This document shows positions 25,940 to 37,839 of a DNA stretch of 64,000 bases, piece after piece. Positions within the stretch are counted from its first letter, which is position 1, and each line of letters opens with the position of its first letter. A model generated the notes under the pieces. It saw only the letters and a program-made list of their open reading frames with translations, had not been told where the DNA came from and made no database searches. Origin of the DNA: Spizellomyces punctatus DAOM BR117 (Eukaryota); NCBI GenBank assembly GCA_000182565.2, contig KQ257458.1. The stretch is one strand, 5' to 3'. The translations under genes were made by a program, and so were the position numbers.

Positions 25940-28900
25940 TTACCGTCGTTCCTTGACTACCACCGCCAGCCACAAGAAACCGGCAAACAGTAATATCCCC
26001 AACATTCCCCCCAACCTCACAACATCCCCCCAATATCCCTGCGCATTCAATCCAAATGTCTGTAAAACCAACGTTCCTGGCACATTAATCTTCAACCCGA
26101 ATTTCGTTTCGTACAGCATCAGCCCGTTGACTTCATTCACCATAAGGGCCTCCCACCCAGCGTTAAAGAAACTGCCGTGACAGGCCCATCGAGCAATCCA
26201 TGGTATGGTCGCCTTATTCAAGAGCATGCCACCAAAGAGCATTTCAAAGAGCATGACAAGGGTCGCAACCAATGTAGCCACGCCAGAGTCAGAAATGATG
26301 ATACTGATGGCCAGACAGCAGGCTGCGGCGGTCAAGTTGAACAAAACCAGGACCAACAGAAATCGGAGTAGGAAAAAGATGTTGTCGGCGCGGAGACCAA
26401 TCATATGGTAGGAGATGAGGCCGAGGAGGATGGGTGGGATCACTCGAAGAGGGATGAGGTCGAATAGGACCTAACCCAACGTATGTGTTGAGTTGCCACG
26501 TTCGCATTTTGCATTCGCAGTAGACAATACCAGCGACCTTACCTTGGACATAAAGTATGTCACAGGACTATAATATCCATTTGCCCGCTCCCTCACAAAA
26601 ATTAACCTCTCACTCGCAAATACCTAAAACGCCTCTGGGTGTCAACCACATATTCGCACAGAAGCAAGCAACCATTCAGGAAAAAAGGAAAAACTGACCT
26701 GCATAGAACTTAGACAACCAAACCCAAAAACGCTACACACAAAAAACAGCACCCCCATCCGATTTTGAAACCCACTCAAACTCAAATCAACTTTCCAAAA
26801 CAATAACCCCAGGCAAATCGCCACAACAACACTAATAATATAGTGTGTCCGCAATAGATCCGGATTACGATACAAGTGTTTGAACGTTCGAGAGGAAAGG
26901 ATACGGAATTGGGTCCAGAGCGTAGCACGGTGGTGCGTCTTGGTATTCAGAATCCGTTGAACATGGTTGCTCAAGCCGTCCAGACTACTTTCTACAGTTG
27001 CAGCTGGTTGTCGAGCATTGGCTTCCCTGACCGCCTCATCAATCGTCCGTGCCATGGTCTCGCCAACCTGACTTTCGCCATAAGCAGTCGCAAGCGCCCT
27101 TAATTGCCGATTACTCTCCCCGTGTATAATCGATCCACGTTTCGACGCCAAGGATTGCTTCGACGTGGCACGGCCGAGAGTATGCCCGTCATGAACACTG
27201 TACCGCTCATTCGGAAGCGGTAACAAAGGTTTCAACTCCTCTACAGGCGTCAGAGAGGAGGTCTCCCCACCGGTATCCGCGTCAGCTCCATTTGGCATAC
27301 CTACACCTTCATCCTCCTCATCCACCGTTTTATGCGGTGTGAACAAATCCGTTTCCTGCTGTAAGCGTACATTTGACCTTCTTCGACGCGGAACCGCAGG
27401 AAGCGATGACCAGGTGGAAGGAGTAGATGATGAAGTTGACACGGGCACAAAGACCGGTGCCAGACCATCCGTAGGTGATGGTACTTCGCTAGCTGACCCG
27501 ATGGCCGATTGAGGTGGAGTATCGACCTCATTCGCAACATGCATTGTCAAATCCACTGAACAGTACACTCGTTAGCCTCGCTCACTAAAATCCATTTTCT
27601 GATACCATGAGCACTTACCCAAATAATCTGCAATATTGAAACCAACAGGACAGACAAACCCCTGCTTATGAAAAAAGTCCCGACACGGCTCTTGTGCTGG
27701 ACCCGAATACACCATCTTTCCACGCGCCAACAGCACTAACTTATCGAATAACGCGTAGATGTTGGATCGGGGTTGGTGGATTGTCAGTATGACAGTACGA
27801 TGATACGTTCGCGCCAAATTCACCAGGCATTCAATGACGTTGTAGGCATTGAACGCATCCAGACCTTCATCACCACAGTGTTAGTCCAGTAGGCACATAA
27901 TTGTCAAGGCGTGCGGACATCGCAACTCACCACTGGTAGGCTCATCCAAAAACAACACACTGGCACCCGTTACCAGCTCGCAGGCAATGGATACTCGACG
28001 CTTCTCTCCCCCGCTAATCCCCCTGGTTCCCGCTGACCCAATCCGCCGATTAGCAATGTGCAGAATATCGAGCTCCATCATCGTTTCCATGACTCTAGCC
28101 CTTTTGGCTTCGGGAGACATGGTGCGGGGAAGACGAAGGAGGGCAGAATACATTATTGTTTCGTAAACGGTCAGCGTGTCCATTAAGGTGTCTTCTTGGT
28201 CCACATAGCTGAGAGACGTAACATGTGAACGAGCGATCGAATGTTTGATCGAAACAAGCTCATGCTTACCCTATAATAGATCGATATTCCTCATCCCCCA
28301 TAAATTTACCATTAACTATTACTTCACCAGTCACTATACCACTCTTGTTCTTTCTGGCAAGGATATCCAAAAAGGTGGTTTTACCAGCCCCTGATCCGCC
28401 CATGATAGCCATCACTTCACCCGGTCTGACAATACCCTGGACACCATCCAAAACCATGAGCTTGTTCCCATCCTGCGTTCCTGAGTGAGTCGTGGTCGCA
28501 GCGTTCTTAGTAAAAGGCCACCACTTTCTCTTTGGATGTGCGCTCCGATCAATCAAATAAGTAACATCTCGGAACATAATCTCCGCCGGCGTGTGATTAC
28601 TCATCATGGCAGCTCTTCGTGTCCCATTTTCATCATCTTCATAATCATAAGCGTCAATCTCGTCAATGGCCTCATATATTCCCGCGAACTCTTTGACAGT
28701 CTGCTCGCGCGCCCACCAGATACCACCAAACACGCCGGCGAGAAGAACCGCTGCCCCAGCGCACATGAGCCCGATGAGGAGGGGTGAAAAGCCTGAACTA
28801 CCGTCTGGAGGTTGGTCACCCGGTACACCACCTGGCGCACCTGGGATTTGGCTGGCACGAACGCATTCCCCGGCGATAGGACATGCCAGTTTGATGTTAT

Positions 28901-30047
28901 CGTCTCCAAAAAATGTCGATATCAGATTGTTCATATGGGGTTCTGCGATTCACATCTATTAGCAATGCGGTCTATCTCCACATAGCAGGACGCAAACATC
29001 GTACCAGAGAACGTGCATTTCCGATCCGGTAACTCCCCTTCATGTGTTTCGGTTTCTTCGCACTGCAAGGTTCCAGGTCCCACCGGTCCACCTTCTTCAG
29101 GATCGTCCGATGCAAACCATTCCGAAAGGTCCATTCCGTTTGGATCACAAAGCATACGTCCTGGGTAGCAGCCGCAATGCATTTTCGCGCAGTTTATGGT
29201 GGTGCGATTTACCCCTTTGCTGTGCGCTGTAGTAGTACGAGTGACCAGTGATAAACATATGACCGATTCTATCAAGTAACGGACAATGCCAAAATACCTT
29301 CATTGGCGGTACATTCGCTCAACTGACAAAAGAAGCTTTCCTGCTCGTCTGCCCAGAACTGGAATGCACAAGATCCATCGGATGCATCGCACGCATATGT
29401 TATCTCCGCCTTTTTCCCGTCCAGCTGTTCTACAATCGCTTTGTCTATAGTCAACGTGACCCTTGTTAAGTATGCATTTCTCAAGCTGCGCAATCAAAGG
29501 GCCCTACTGACTGGTCACTTCGCACTGCAAATAATTCCGATTTATCGGCCGAATACTCGAAAAACATGTCGCCTCTTCCCCAGGTCCTAATGGAGGTACA
29601 AGCGCATCACATACATCGTTCCTCATGCAGACATTGCAGTTGATTCCTGTCCATCCGTCGGCACAGAGGCAGCTATGCTGGTGTGGATCACGAGGATGTC
29701 TATTTGGACCGTCTGGCAGCGAATCACATACTACATGCATATAAACGGGAATGAAATCAATTTGGTCAGCGACAACTTGTAAAGGCAATAGAATCTAACG
29801 GCCACTTACAAGGCGTGCCGCAATCATTGCCCCCAAAACCAGGCGGACACTCGCAGTGTCCCAGGCTCTCATCCCATCTCCCGAAATTTAAACAATTCTG
29901 TGCCAGAGATGCATTCAACGCACGACGCTCTAGCCAAGGCGTGCTGGTGAGCGGCACAACACCATTTCCTTTTGTTGCTGAAACGTGTGCAGCCAGCAAA
30001 GTGTTGACAATCGCCGTTACGCTCGTTAACTGAGATGTAAAGTGCAT
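25940..30047 (-). CDS. ADP1: ADP1-type half-size ABCG transporter with N-terminal EGF-like Cys-rich ectodomain, multi-exon
   Basis: [33 protein letters not shown]...ESFFC, TM, Walker [10 protein letters not shown], signature [33 protein letters not shown], and the ABC2 membrane domain ending VVKERR. The start is approximate. Confidence 0.92.
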
Positions 30048-30997
30048 GAGGCTTTTTGGCAAAAACGTATCAGAATGAAAGGTAGGGCTCGACGAGATCG
30101 AATTCTATGGCCCTGGAACCTGTATGCTCTTTTGACAAACATTTGCACAAGGACAAGTAAGTACATGAATTCTATAAGGGCACGCGAACTCCCTCGGACG
30201 CCAAAAACCTTCCTAATCACCAATGAATTCACAACTTGTTAGTAGTAAGTGATATACACACCTTTCTAAACCAGGCAAAAACAATAACGACGACGACGAG
30301 ACGAACAAAAAAAAGCTAAAATGCAAACAATCTGCAGTCTACCATGAGGCAATTTCCGACCCCCATTTCACCCCCCTCAGGTAGCCCATGTGATCAGACC
30401 GATCGTCCCATGACGTAATCAAAGATAGGGGGATTATAAACAAAAACCTTTGCCTTGCCCCCACTTTATGCGCTAAAAACGTTAAGGGCAGTGTCAACAT
30501 TGCTTTTGCCAGCAACACATGTCTGAACAGCGCAAGGAAATGGTGCTATGAACAGTTGTTTTGACACTTGTCGGGTCGAGCTGATAAGAACGAAACTAGA
30601 CTTAATCTGCGCTTTCCAGGCAAAAATCCCGTCCTTGTCCCCTTTACTGGGATTGAGGTCTTGCGGAAAAAAAGACTTGTTGGCAGATGCATTGCGCACT
30701 CTGAAGTCTGAGCGAAAAAGAATGGCCGACAACAACATTTGATGATGAAGCAATTTGATAAGCAATATGAACTCTGGTACTTCACCAAGTCTTCTTCTGT
30801 TTTTTACTTTGCCATAACGGATAATAAATTACAGATACGCCCCATCTCATTTCTCATTAATGACTTGAATTATTGCAAACTGAATACCTAGCATAGAAAA
30901 AGTTTTTCACTCAAAACCATGACTAACTAACGACAGCATACGCCAAAAAAAAAAAAAGACTGTCGGGAAAACCAAACACAGAGAACCTCTACAAATA

Positions 30998-32653
30998 TCA
31001 CAAGATCACACAAACCCTCCTTCTACTTATTGCTCCACTACTCACTCTTCTCCTCTGTTCACCTGCTTGTCTCTCTCCGGGACTTTGCTGTCCACTGCCG
31101 GCCCTCGTACCTTCCCCATTCCAGAAGCTCTTGACCACAACCCCGCAAGCCCTAGCTCTTAGAACGGCCTCCTTTGTTATCCCGACACAATCCACAACCT
31201 CTACGCATCGTAACTTGAATTCACCAGATCCGGTTTTTGCATGAAGGTAGCCTAGCAGTTTAAGAACCGAGTCATTCGCAGCTGTAGAGGTGACATCGAG
31301 ATGTTGCATATTGGAACAGTATCGGAGAATGGTGCAGATGCCTGCCGCCGTGACGGACGTGGAGGCAAGTGAAAGGTAGGAAAGGGTATCTTTGGTTTGA
31401 TGTGCGCAGAGGTAATGTGCTGTCCGGTCGGAAATGAGTCCGCAAGAGTCCAGATCCAAGTGGCTCAGTGGGAGCCGGGAAATTGCGTCCAATTCAATAT
31501 CGGTAAGGTGCGGAGAGGATGAAAGAACAAGGTGAGTTATGCTCCGCGGCAGATGGTAGAAGTTCTGTAGTGCCAGTCGTTGAAGGGTCGAGAGTTGAAG
31601 ATGTGTCAGCATCGACCTTCCCGATCTTGCCAAATTAGTCACATTTGAACAATGGGAGATATTCAAATGTGTCAATGTTGCCAGCCCCATCAGCGCCTGC
31701 ACTCCTTCATCTCCTACATTGATGCAGCCAGGAGACCTGAACCTCCTCAGTTGCTTGCATCCTCTAACAACACTGACAAGTCCCTTGTCATCCACGCCGG
31801 GACAACATCCTACATCCAGGTCCTGCAACCCTGGAAAATTCAGACCGATAAGAAGAAGATGTACGGTCCCAATACATTGGAGTGACGATAGATTGAGTGT
31901 CTGGAGCACCGTGTTACGCACAGACAAAAAGTCTGAGAGAGTGTACGAGGTTACAGAATGGCATCCTACTAGGCTGAGATGCGTAATGGAAGGGAGGAGG
32001 TGGAGAGGCGGGTTACAATTTCTAAGATGGGAAATTAGATACGAGGTTGATTATTACTGCATAATTCTAAAGAAATGCGGATTACCGAAAATTCGCAGTA
32101 TGCAGAAATGTGCCGGCTCGTTTGACCAGGCATTTAACATACTGTTCCGACACTGGGCGCGTGTACCTACCCGAAACACTAGTCAGTAAACAACCCCAAC
32201 CTACCATGGCGGCACGCAGATCTCTCAAAGCAACACTGGACCACATTACCTCTTCAAATCAATAACCCCCCACAGCGAACCATCACTCGCATCGTTCCTC
32301 CACTGCCGACATACCTAAAATGTCATTTTTCCCTGTTTATGACACCTTCCAGACATCAGGGAGAAGGAATGCAAGCACTCACACCCAGGCACCGACGCAA
32401 TTCATCTTCCTCCAAAAACCTAAAGATTCTGATTCTCAGTTCAGGGGGAAGGTCATAGAATTCTATGGATCGTGGAATAGAGAGTATGCAGCACTCTGCC
32501 GACGGAGCAATGTGCGATGCCGCTGGCAGATGGGTCTGTATGCGGTGTGCAGGATATGGGCCAATATTTGCTAAAGAGATGTGTTTGGATTGTGTCAGAA
32601 AGAGTAGAAAAAAAGCGATGCTTACTGGAGTGAAGCTTGGACGTCCTGGCCAT
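30998..32653 (-). CDS. F-box/leucine-rich-repeat protein (FBXL2/FBXL20-like) with C-terminal CAAX (CVIL)
   Basis: F-box FYDLPPELRIRIFRFLEEDELRRCL at ~32390-32465, Cys-containing LRRs (LQDLDVGCCPGVDDKGL, LTHLNISHCSNVT, LDLDSCGLISD), C-terminus RRRVCVIL. Exon 1 MARTSKLHS splices in phase. Confidence 0.85.
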
Positions 32654-33335
32654 GGTTATCAGTCAAATATGACCAGTCTGGGGCGGGAGGCGATAAAATT
32701 GGACACTCGCGCGGGTTTGCCAGGTTGTGTGCTCAAGAGCCAGACGGAACAACAACAACAGAACAACAACAGTATGCTCTTGTCTTCCACCACCCACACA
32801 CCCAATCAAAAAAATACCGTAAAGAAACTCGTTCAGGCCGTCAGCGAGGGTTTGTCAACGAGTTGCAAACAGCCCCCAACCTGGTTGAAAGTCTCTTCAC
32901 CTCAGCATGGATAGTGTCACGCGTATATTGACGTTATCACGCGTCCGTGCTGACTCAGCAGAGCGGTGCTTTCTTCGCCGTTCGGGTATCTCCAGCGGGT
33001 GGGTTTAAGGGCACCTCTGTGGTTGTGGAATTGGGATCTGCGATGCACGTTTGTTTCTTAGAGTTATGTGATATTCTCCAATGTGTGCAGACGATGAGGG
33101 TCAATAGCAGTAGCGTGGTGTAGAAGGGTCTATTTTGGGGCATGCGGAAAATGAATAGAGTGTCCCTTTGATACTGTTCGGAAGGGGGCGTCGGATGGGA
33201 TGGTAGTGGGAGAAAGTATATTGGCAGATCTGCCACTCTACCTTGGCCTATTTAAACCCCGGACCAGCCCTTGTTCTATTGCTCTCCGGATAGTGTCTTT
33301 CTTTTCTTGTTTGATCTGACCTGAACATATCAATC

Positions 33336-35464
33336 ATGACCTCCAACGTTTTTTGTCCACAATTTGACTCTGAAAATCCGCTCTCAATTTTGGATTCTGA
33401 AAATCGGGTAAGGAAGGAAGCTGTGATGCGGCTCTAAACTTTTTGAATTCAAGAGTGGTGGCGAAATTAATAACTTTTCATGTCAACAATTTATAGGTCC
33501 AGTTGCTCCAAGTTTTCACATATTTCACCCGCGTCCTTCCGTTAGCAGATCATCGCGTCCGACTCAAAACTGTTCCCAATACTTTTACGGGAGATGAGGC
33601 CATAACTGCCTTACAATCTGTCACATCAGGCTTAGACCGGGAGGATGCCACGCGAGTCATCCACCGTTACATTCAAGGCCGGCTTCTCCGGGCGCTTGAG
33701 GGTGACGAGGACAGCGTCAAGCCAAAAGGTGTATACGCGATCGGCCGAAAAGGACTGCAAGTGAAAAGCGATACAAAGCGTCGCGCAGATTCACCGATCG
33801 TTCATCTGGAATTCCGATATGGAGTGTGTGTAACGGATCCTACCACCATCTTCAAGCGATTTGCTGGCTCAGATGGACCGAATGAATGGACGCCAGAGAA
33901 AGAAAAGGCTGGGGAACAACTCTCTGGCCCATTGAATTCATCTTCTCCAGGTTCATCGGAAAGCAACACTCCTAGAGCTAGTGTCACCGCCTCAACCCCC
34001 CTGCCGGGAATCCTTGTAAAGGACCGGATGCACATGCTTAAAACTTATACCGATACTTTTACCGGACATGAAGCCATTGTCCATCTTCTGGAAACCACAA
34101 CAGCTATGACTTCTGAAGAATGTCTTAATATTGCGGATAGATTTATGGCTGCCGGGTGGATTCGCCAAATCGATTCGTCCGAGAAGGTGTTTAGAGATCA
34201 TAAAGGCATCTTGTACCAGGTGACAGGTTTGGGTGCAAGTATTGCCGGATGGCCAGAACAAAAGGTGCCGGGTGTGAAAGACTTTTTCGCAGGTGTGAAA
34301 GACAACATGTCCGGAATCGGTGAAAGGCTAAAGAAAATGAGTACGCATGGGAATACTGGTACAGGTCACTTGATGGACGACGGGAAACCTATAATCTCAA
34401 AGGAGAATCTCGACAAGTTCGACGAATTTGTGCGGAAATCGTCTGAAATGCTGGCGACAGTCCAACCTCAAAGCAGCAGCAATGCTTTCCCCTTCATGAA
34501 GAATCGCCGGCAAACATCGTTTACCACCCAAGATATTCCAAGTTCCTCAGACACTCGCGCCCGATCCATTTCCATCTCGCATCCCCCTGCCCGCCGTGGC
34601 AGCATAAGTGTGCTCCCGTCATTCCCTTGGGAAACGCAAAAAGAGACCCACACATCCCGCCTGACAACTATTCTCTCCCTCCCTCCCGTTCGCAGTCTCT
34701 TTCAATCCTTTGTAACGACCCTATTTTGCGAGGAAAACTACGACTTTATGGTCGATGCGGAAAGGTTTAGAATGTGCTACGATCGGAGTCAATCCATCGA
34801 AAATCTAGATGAAGAAAGCAGAGAAGTCGTGCGCGACATTCAACACAAAAAAGACAAGGAGACCCTTGTCCCTCATGCAGTGGCAATTTACTTAAAGTAC
34901 ATAACACCCACCTCTAGTCACGAAATTAATATTCCTTCCAAGCTCATCAAATACCTCACATCTGTAATGGAGCCATTTGAACCGTTCTTCGCGCACTTTC
35001 CTGCATCTCTTCTTGCAATACGGGACCCCATCAACCCCACTTCAGTAGCCTTCCGCGATGTTCTTCAAGCCCTTCCAAAAGCCTTTTGGCAAGTAGCCAA
35101 CGAAAAGAAAGTCCAAGAAACGTTCGAACCTTGGATGTTCTCTGCGACAGAGGCTCACATCTTTCAAGTTGTTGCTGGCGATTCTGTTCCAAAGTTTATA
35201 AGAACAGAAGAGTATCGAGTTCTGATGATGGGTCTCTGGGAACAGGGTAACCTACCTGTGCAGAAGAGAAGAGAGACTGTTTTGGAGCGATTGAGCACTG
35301 CGGAGAGAAGACAGTCATGTGTGAAGGAGGTCGCCGAAGAGGGAGAGAGTGAGTCGAGAAGAGCCTCGGCGGTTGCCAGGGTGGGTGGTAAAGAGGAGAA
35401 GGTAGAGAGCGAGGCCCCTCGACCAGTTGGTTTGATCCCGCCAGAGTTTGCATATGGGATGTGA
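33336..35464 (+). CDS. DEP-domain RGS protein (Sst2/FlbA-like regulator of G-protein signalling)
   Basis: DEP-like repeats (DHRVRLKTVPNTFTGDEAI and KDRMHMLKTYTDTFTGHEAI...IADRFMAAGWI) and an RGS domain (LFQSFVTTLFCEENYDF, IYLKYI...HEINIP, IFQVVAGDSVPKFIRT). The short first exon starts at ATG 33336. Confidence 0.85.
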
Positions 35465-35625
35465 GAGTGCAAAAGCCCAAGGGGGTTGTGTATAATGAGT
35501 AGTAATTTTTATACCCAAGTCAGAACAGGATTTATTCAGCACTCCCTAAGTTTTGCTCCAATCAGTTTTCACTTTATATTTTCTATTTACAAGTGCAAAG
35601 CAAAGAGTTACATTGCAAAACCCCA

Positions 35626-37056
35626 TCAAAATGTGTCCTTTTCCAGCTCTTTTGGTAATTGTCCTTCCAGAATCCTGACTGCTATCCGGATCGGGCCCAT
35701 CAATGATTGTCCCCTCGTTGAGGCTACGTCCTGCGCCCAATCCAACCAGTACCTGTCCACCTTTATCCCCCACTTGGCAAGCAAAATGGTAACATCATCT
35801 CTTGCTACGGTGATAGCGTCGATAAACACACTTTCATCGAGACGCCTCGTACTCGCACCAATTGATACGAGCATTTTCGCTTGAAAGATCGCCGTCCATT
35901 CACAAATCCGTCTGCTGATGAGAGTTTCTTTCAGCATTTGCACCAGAAATCTTGACGTCATGTAAGGCCGGAGGATGTTTAAGATACATTTTCGCAAGAG
36001 TCCGAATTGGCAAAGATCCAGAATGACTTCTCTTGAATGTATGGTGGAAATATCGACACCACCGACATTGATCAAAATATCCATCATCGTTGCGGCGTCG
36101 GATGGATTCTTGCGAGCGAGAAAGATCAGCGCTGCAAATGCCTTTTCACGACAATACTTATCTGCCTGATAATCCAATAACAGCAACACAGCTTCGCACC
36201 ATCCTCTTTTTACAGCCCGCACGAGGATTGATTCACTTCTTCTCGTTGGCCTCGCCGAGGGATCGGCGCCATGGTGCAAAAGAAAACGAATGATATCAAT
36301 TGGACAGTCGCGTTTACCAACAAAGCACTCTAGAATGGCAAAGTTTACGTTTATTGGAGTTACACCGCCAGAGTCCTTCAAAAACTTGACGGCTTCCAAA
36401 GATCCACTCGAGACTGCTTGAGGCAAAACCGAAGCATGGTGCACCGATGCACCGCGCTTAATCAGGCAAACCATGGTTTCCTTGTCTCCGTTGCTGGCGG
36501 CGATTCGCAGTGCCAAATCATCACATACATGAACATCGGCACCATAATCAAGGAGCAATTCGCACATATCTTTGAACCCTTTCGAAGCCGCTTTCACAAG
36601 TATGAAGTGATCCGGATCAATATTGCTGAACTGGAGAAGCGTCTGAACGGTTTCAATACGATTGTTGACGACAGCTTTTGAGAGAGCGTCTTGAAGATTG
36701 GCAGAACAAAACTGTTTTGGCAGCCTGCCAAGAATTAACCGTGCCCGTAATGCACTAGCAAATGGGTAACTTGTGCCAAGCAGTAATTCTGAGTCCGCAT
36801 ACCAAAACGTCTTGTCATACTGGTCGTCACCTTCGATATATAGGGCAAACTCATCCAATTGGTACCAGGACCAAGCTAGATGCTTTTGTGTGATGGCTAG
36901 TTGAGCGCTTCGACAAGTTGCCCGTAATCTGCCAGCGGTGACAGGATCGCACCATTGAGCTAGCAGCGGAAAGATGTCGACCGGCAGGGGAGGAAGAGTG
37001 AGTACAGGCCCAGAGTGATTTACTGTTTGCCGTGGTCTTTTAATAGAGGGTGCCAT
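35626..37056 (-). CDS. Intronless ankyrin-repeat protein with N-terminal F-box-like segment
   Basis: 476-aa ORF with LPPLPVDIFPLLAQWCDPVTAGRLRATCR (F-box-like) and ankyrin repeats (AASKGFKDMCELLLDYGADVH, ALRIAASNGDKETMVCLIKRGASVH, IIRFLLHHGADP). Confidence 0.8.
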   Translation of the reverse strand: MAPSIKRPRQTVNHSGPVLTLPPLPVDIFPLLAQWCDPVTAGRLRATCRSAQLAITQKHLAWSWYQLDEFALYIEGDDQYDKTFWYADSELLLGTSYPFASALRARLILGRLPKQFCSANLQDALSKAVVNNRIETVQTLLQFSNIDPDHFILVKAASKGFKDMCELLLDYGADVHVCDDLALRIAASNGDKETMVCLIKRGASVHHASVLPQAVSSGSLEAVKFLKDSGGVTPINVNFAILECFVGKRDCPIDIIRFLLHHGADPSARPTRRSESILVRAVKRGWCEAVLLLLDYQADKYCREKAFAALIFLARKNPSDAATMMDILINVGGVDISTIHSREVILDLCQFGLLRKCILNILRPYMTSRFLVQMLKETLISRRICEWTAIFQAKMLVSIGASTRRLDESVFIDAITVARDDVTILLAKWGIKVDRYWLDWAQDVASTRGQSLMGPIRIAVRILEGQLPKELEKDTF

Positions 37057-37839
37057 GTTCGTTTAAGATGGAGAGAAATGAGAGAAATTTTCCAAGCAAA
37101 GCAGAGATTTGAAAAAGGAAGAGTAGTCTAACCATTTGAATAGTCTTTCTGCATCTGTATGGGAACGTCCAATACGTTGCATATATTGAGGTTCCATGGG
37201 CCAGAATTATGGATTGTCTCTGGAAGTACGCTTGGAGCTAAATAACATATCAGCAGGTATTATTTGAATAGCCCGGAAAGTATTTATTCAGGAGAGCCAT
37301 TGCTATGGAAGGTTATCTGTCATGAAGGAAGCTCCATGGAACGGGCTAAATTAAGCTATAGCTAGCCTCCGAACCTCCGACCCTAATAACGTGGTTGTAG
37401 TGATAAGTAAACCATAACTTTCGGTTTGACGGTAGCTACTAGCTAGATGGTGAGTTAATCCAAGGTAGTCAAGCCATTCTTAACGTTCTTTGGAGAGAGA
37501 GTCTGTCTCAAAGTTGAGTATAATTACTGTAACCCTGCCGATGGAGGAGCAAGTGATGCTTATGAAATTGTACATTCACGTCTATCATCCCCATTCATAG
37601 TGTCCTTATTCCTAGTTCCATTGCATTGCGGTTAAATACATTGTTGTGCTGCACTTTTTCTCGATTATAGGTAGTAATAGGAATATCAGTAGCTCGAACA
37701 TGTATTGTTTTTTTTTCAAATCGATATACATCGATGTTCCACCACTTTCGAATCTTCGATAGGCTCCACATGCGTATCGCCGACTTTCATTGGACGGGAT
37801 CCTCGGCACATAACCCATTGACTGTATTTACATATAGAT

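Noticed and set aside
37060-37830. Possible transposon relic or ncRNA between the ankyrin and ABCC genes
   Set aside because: I could not identify terminal repeats, a transposase remnant or an RNA consensus.
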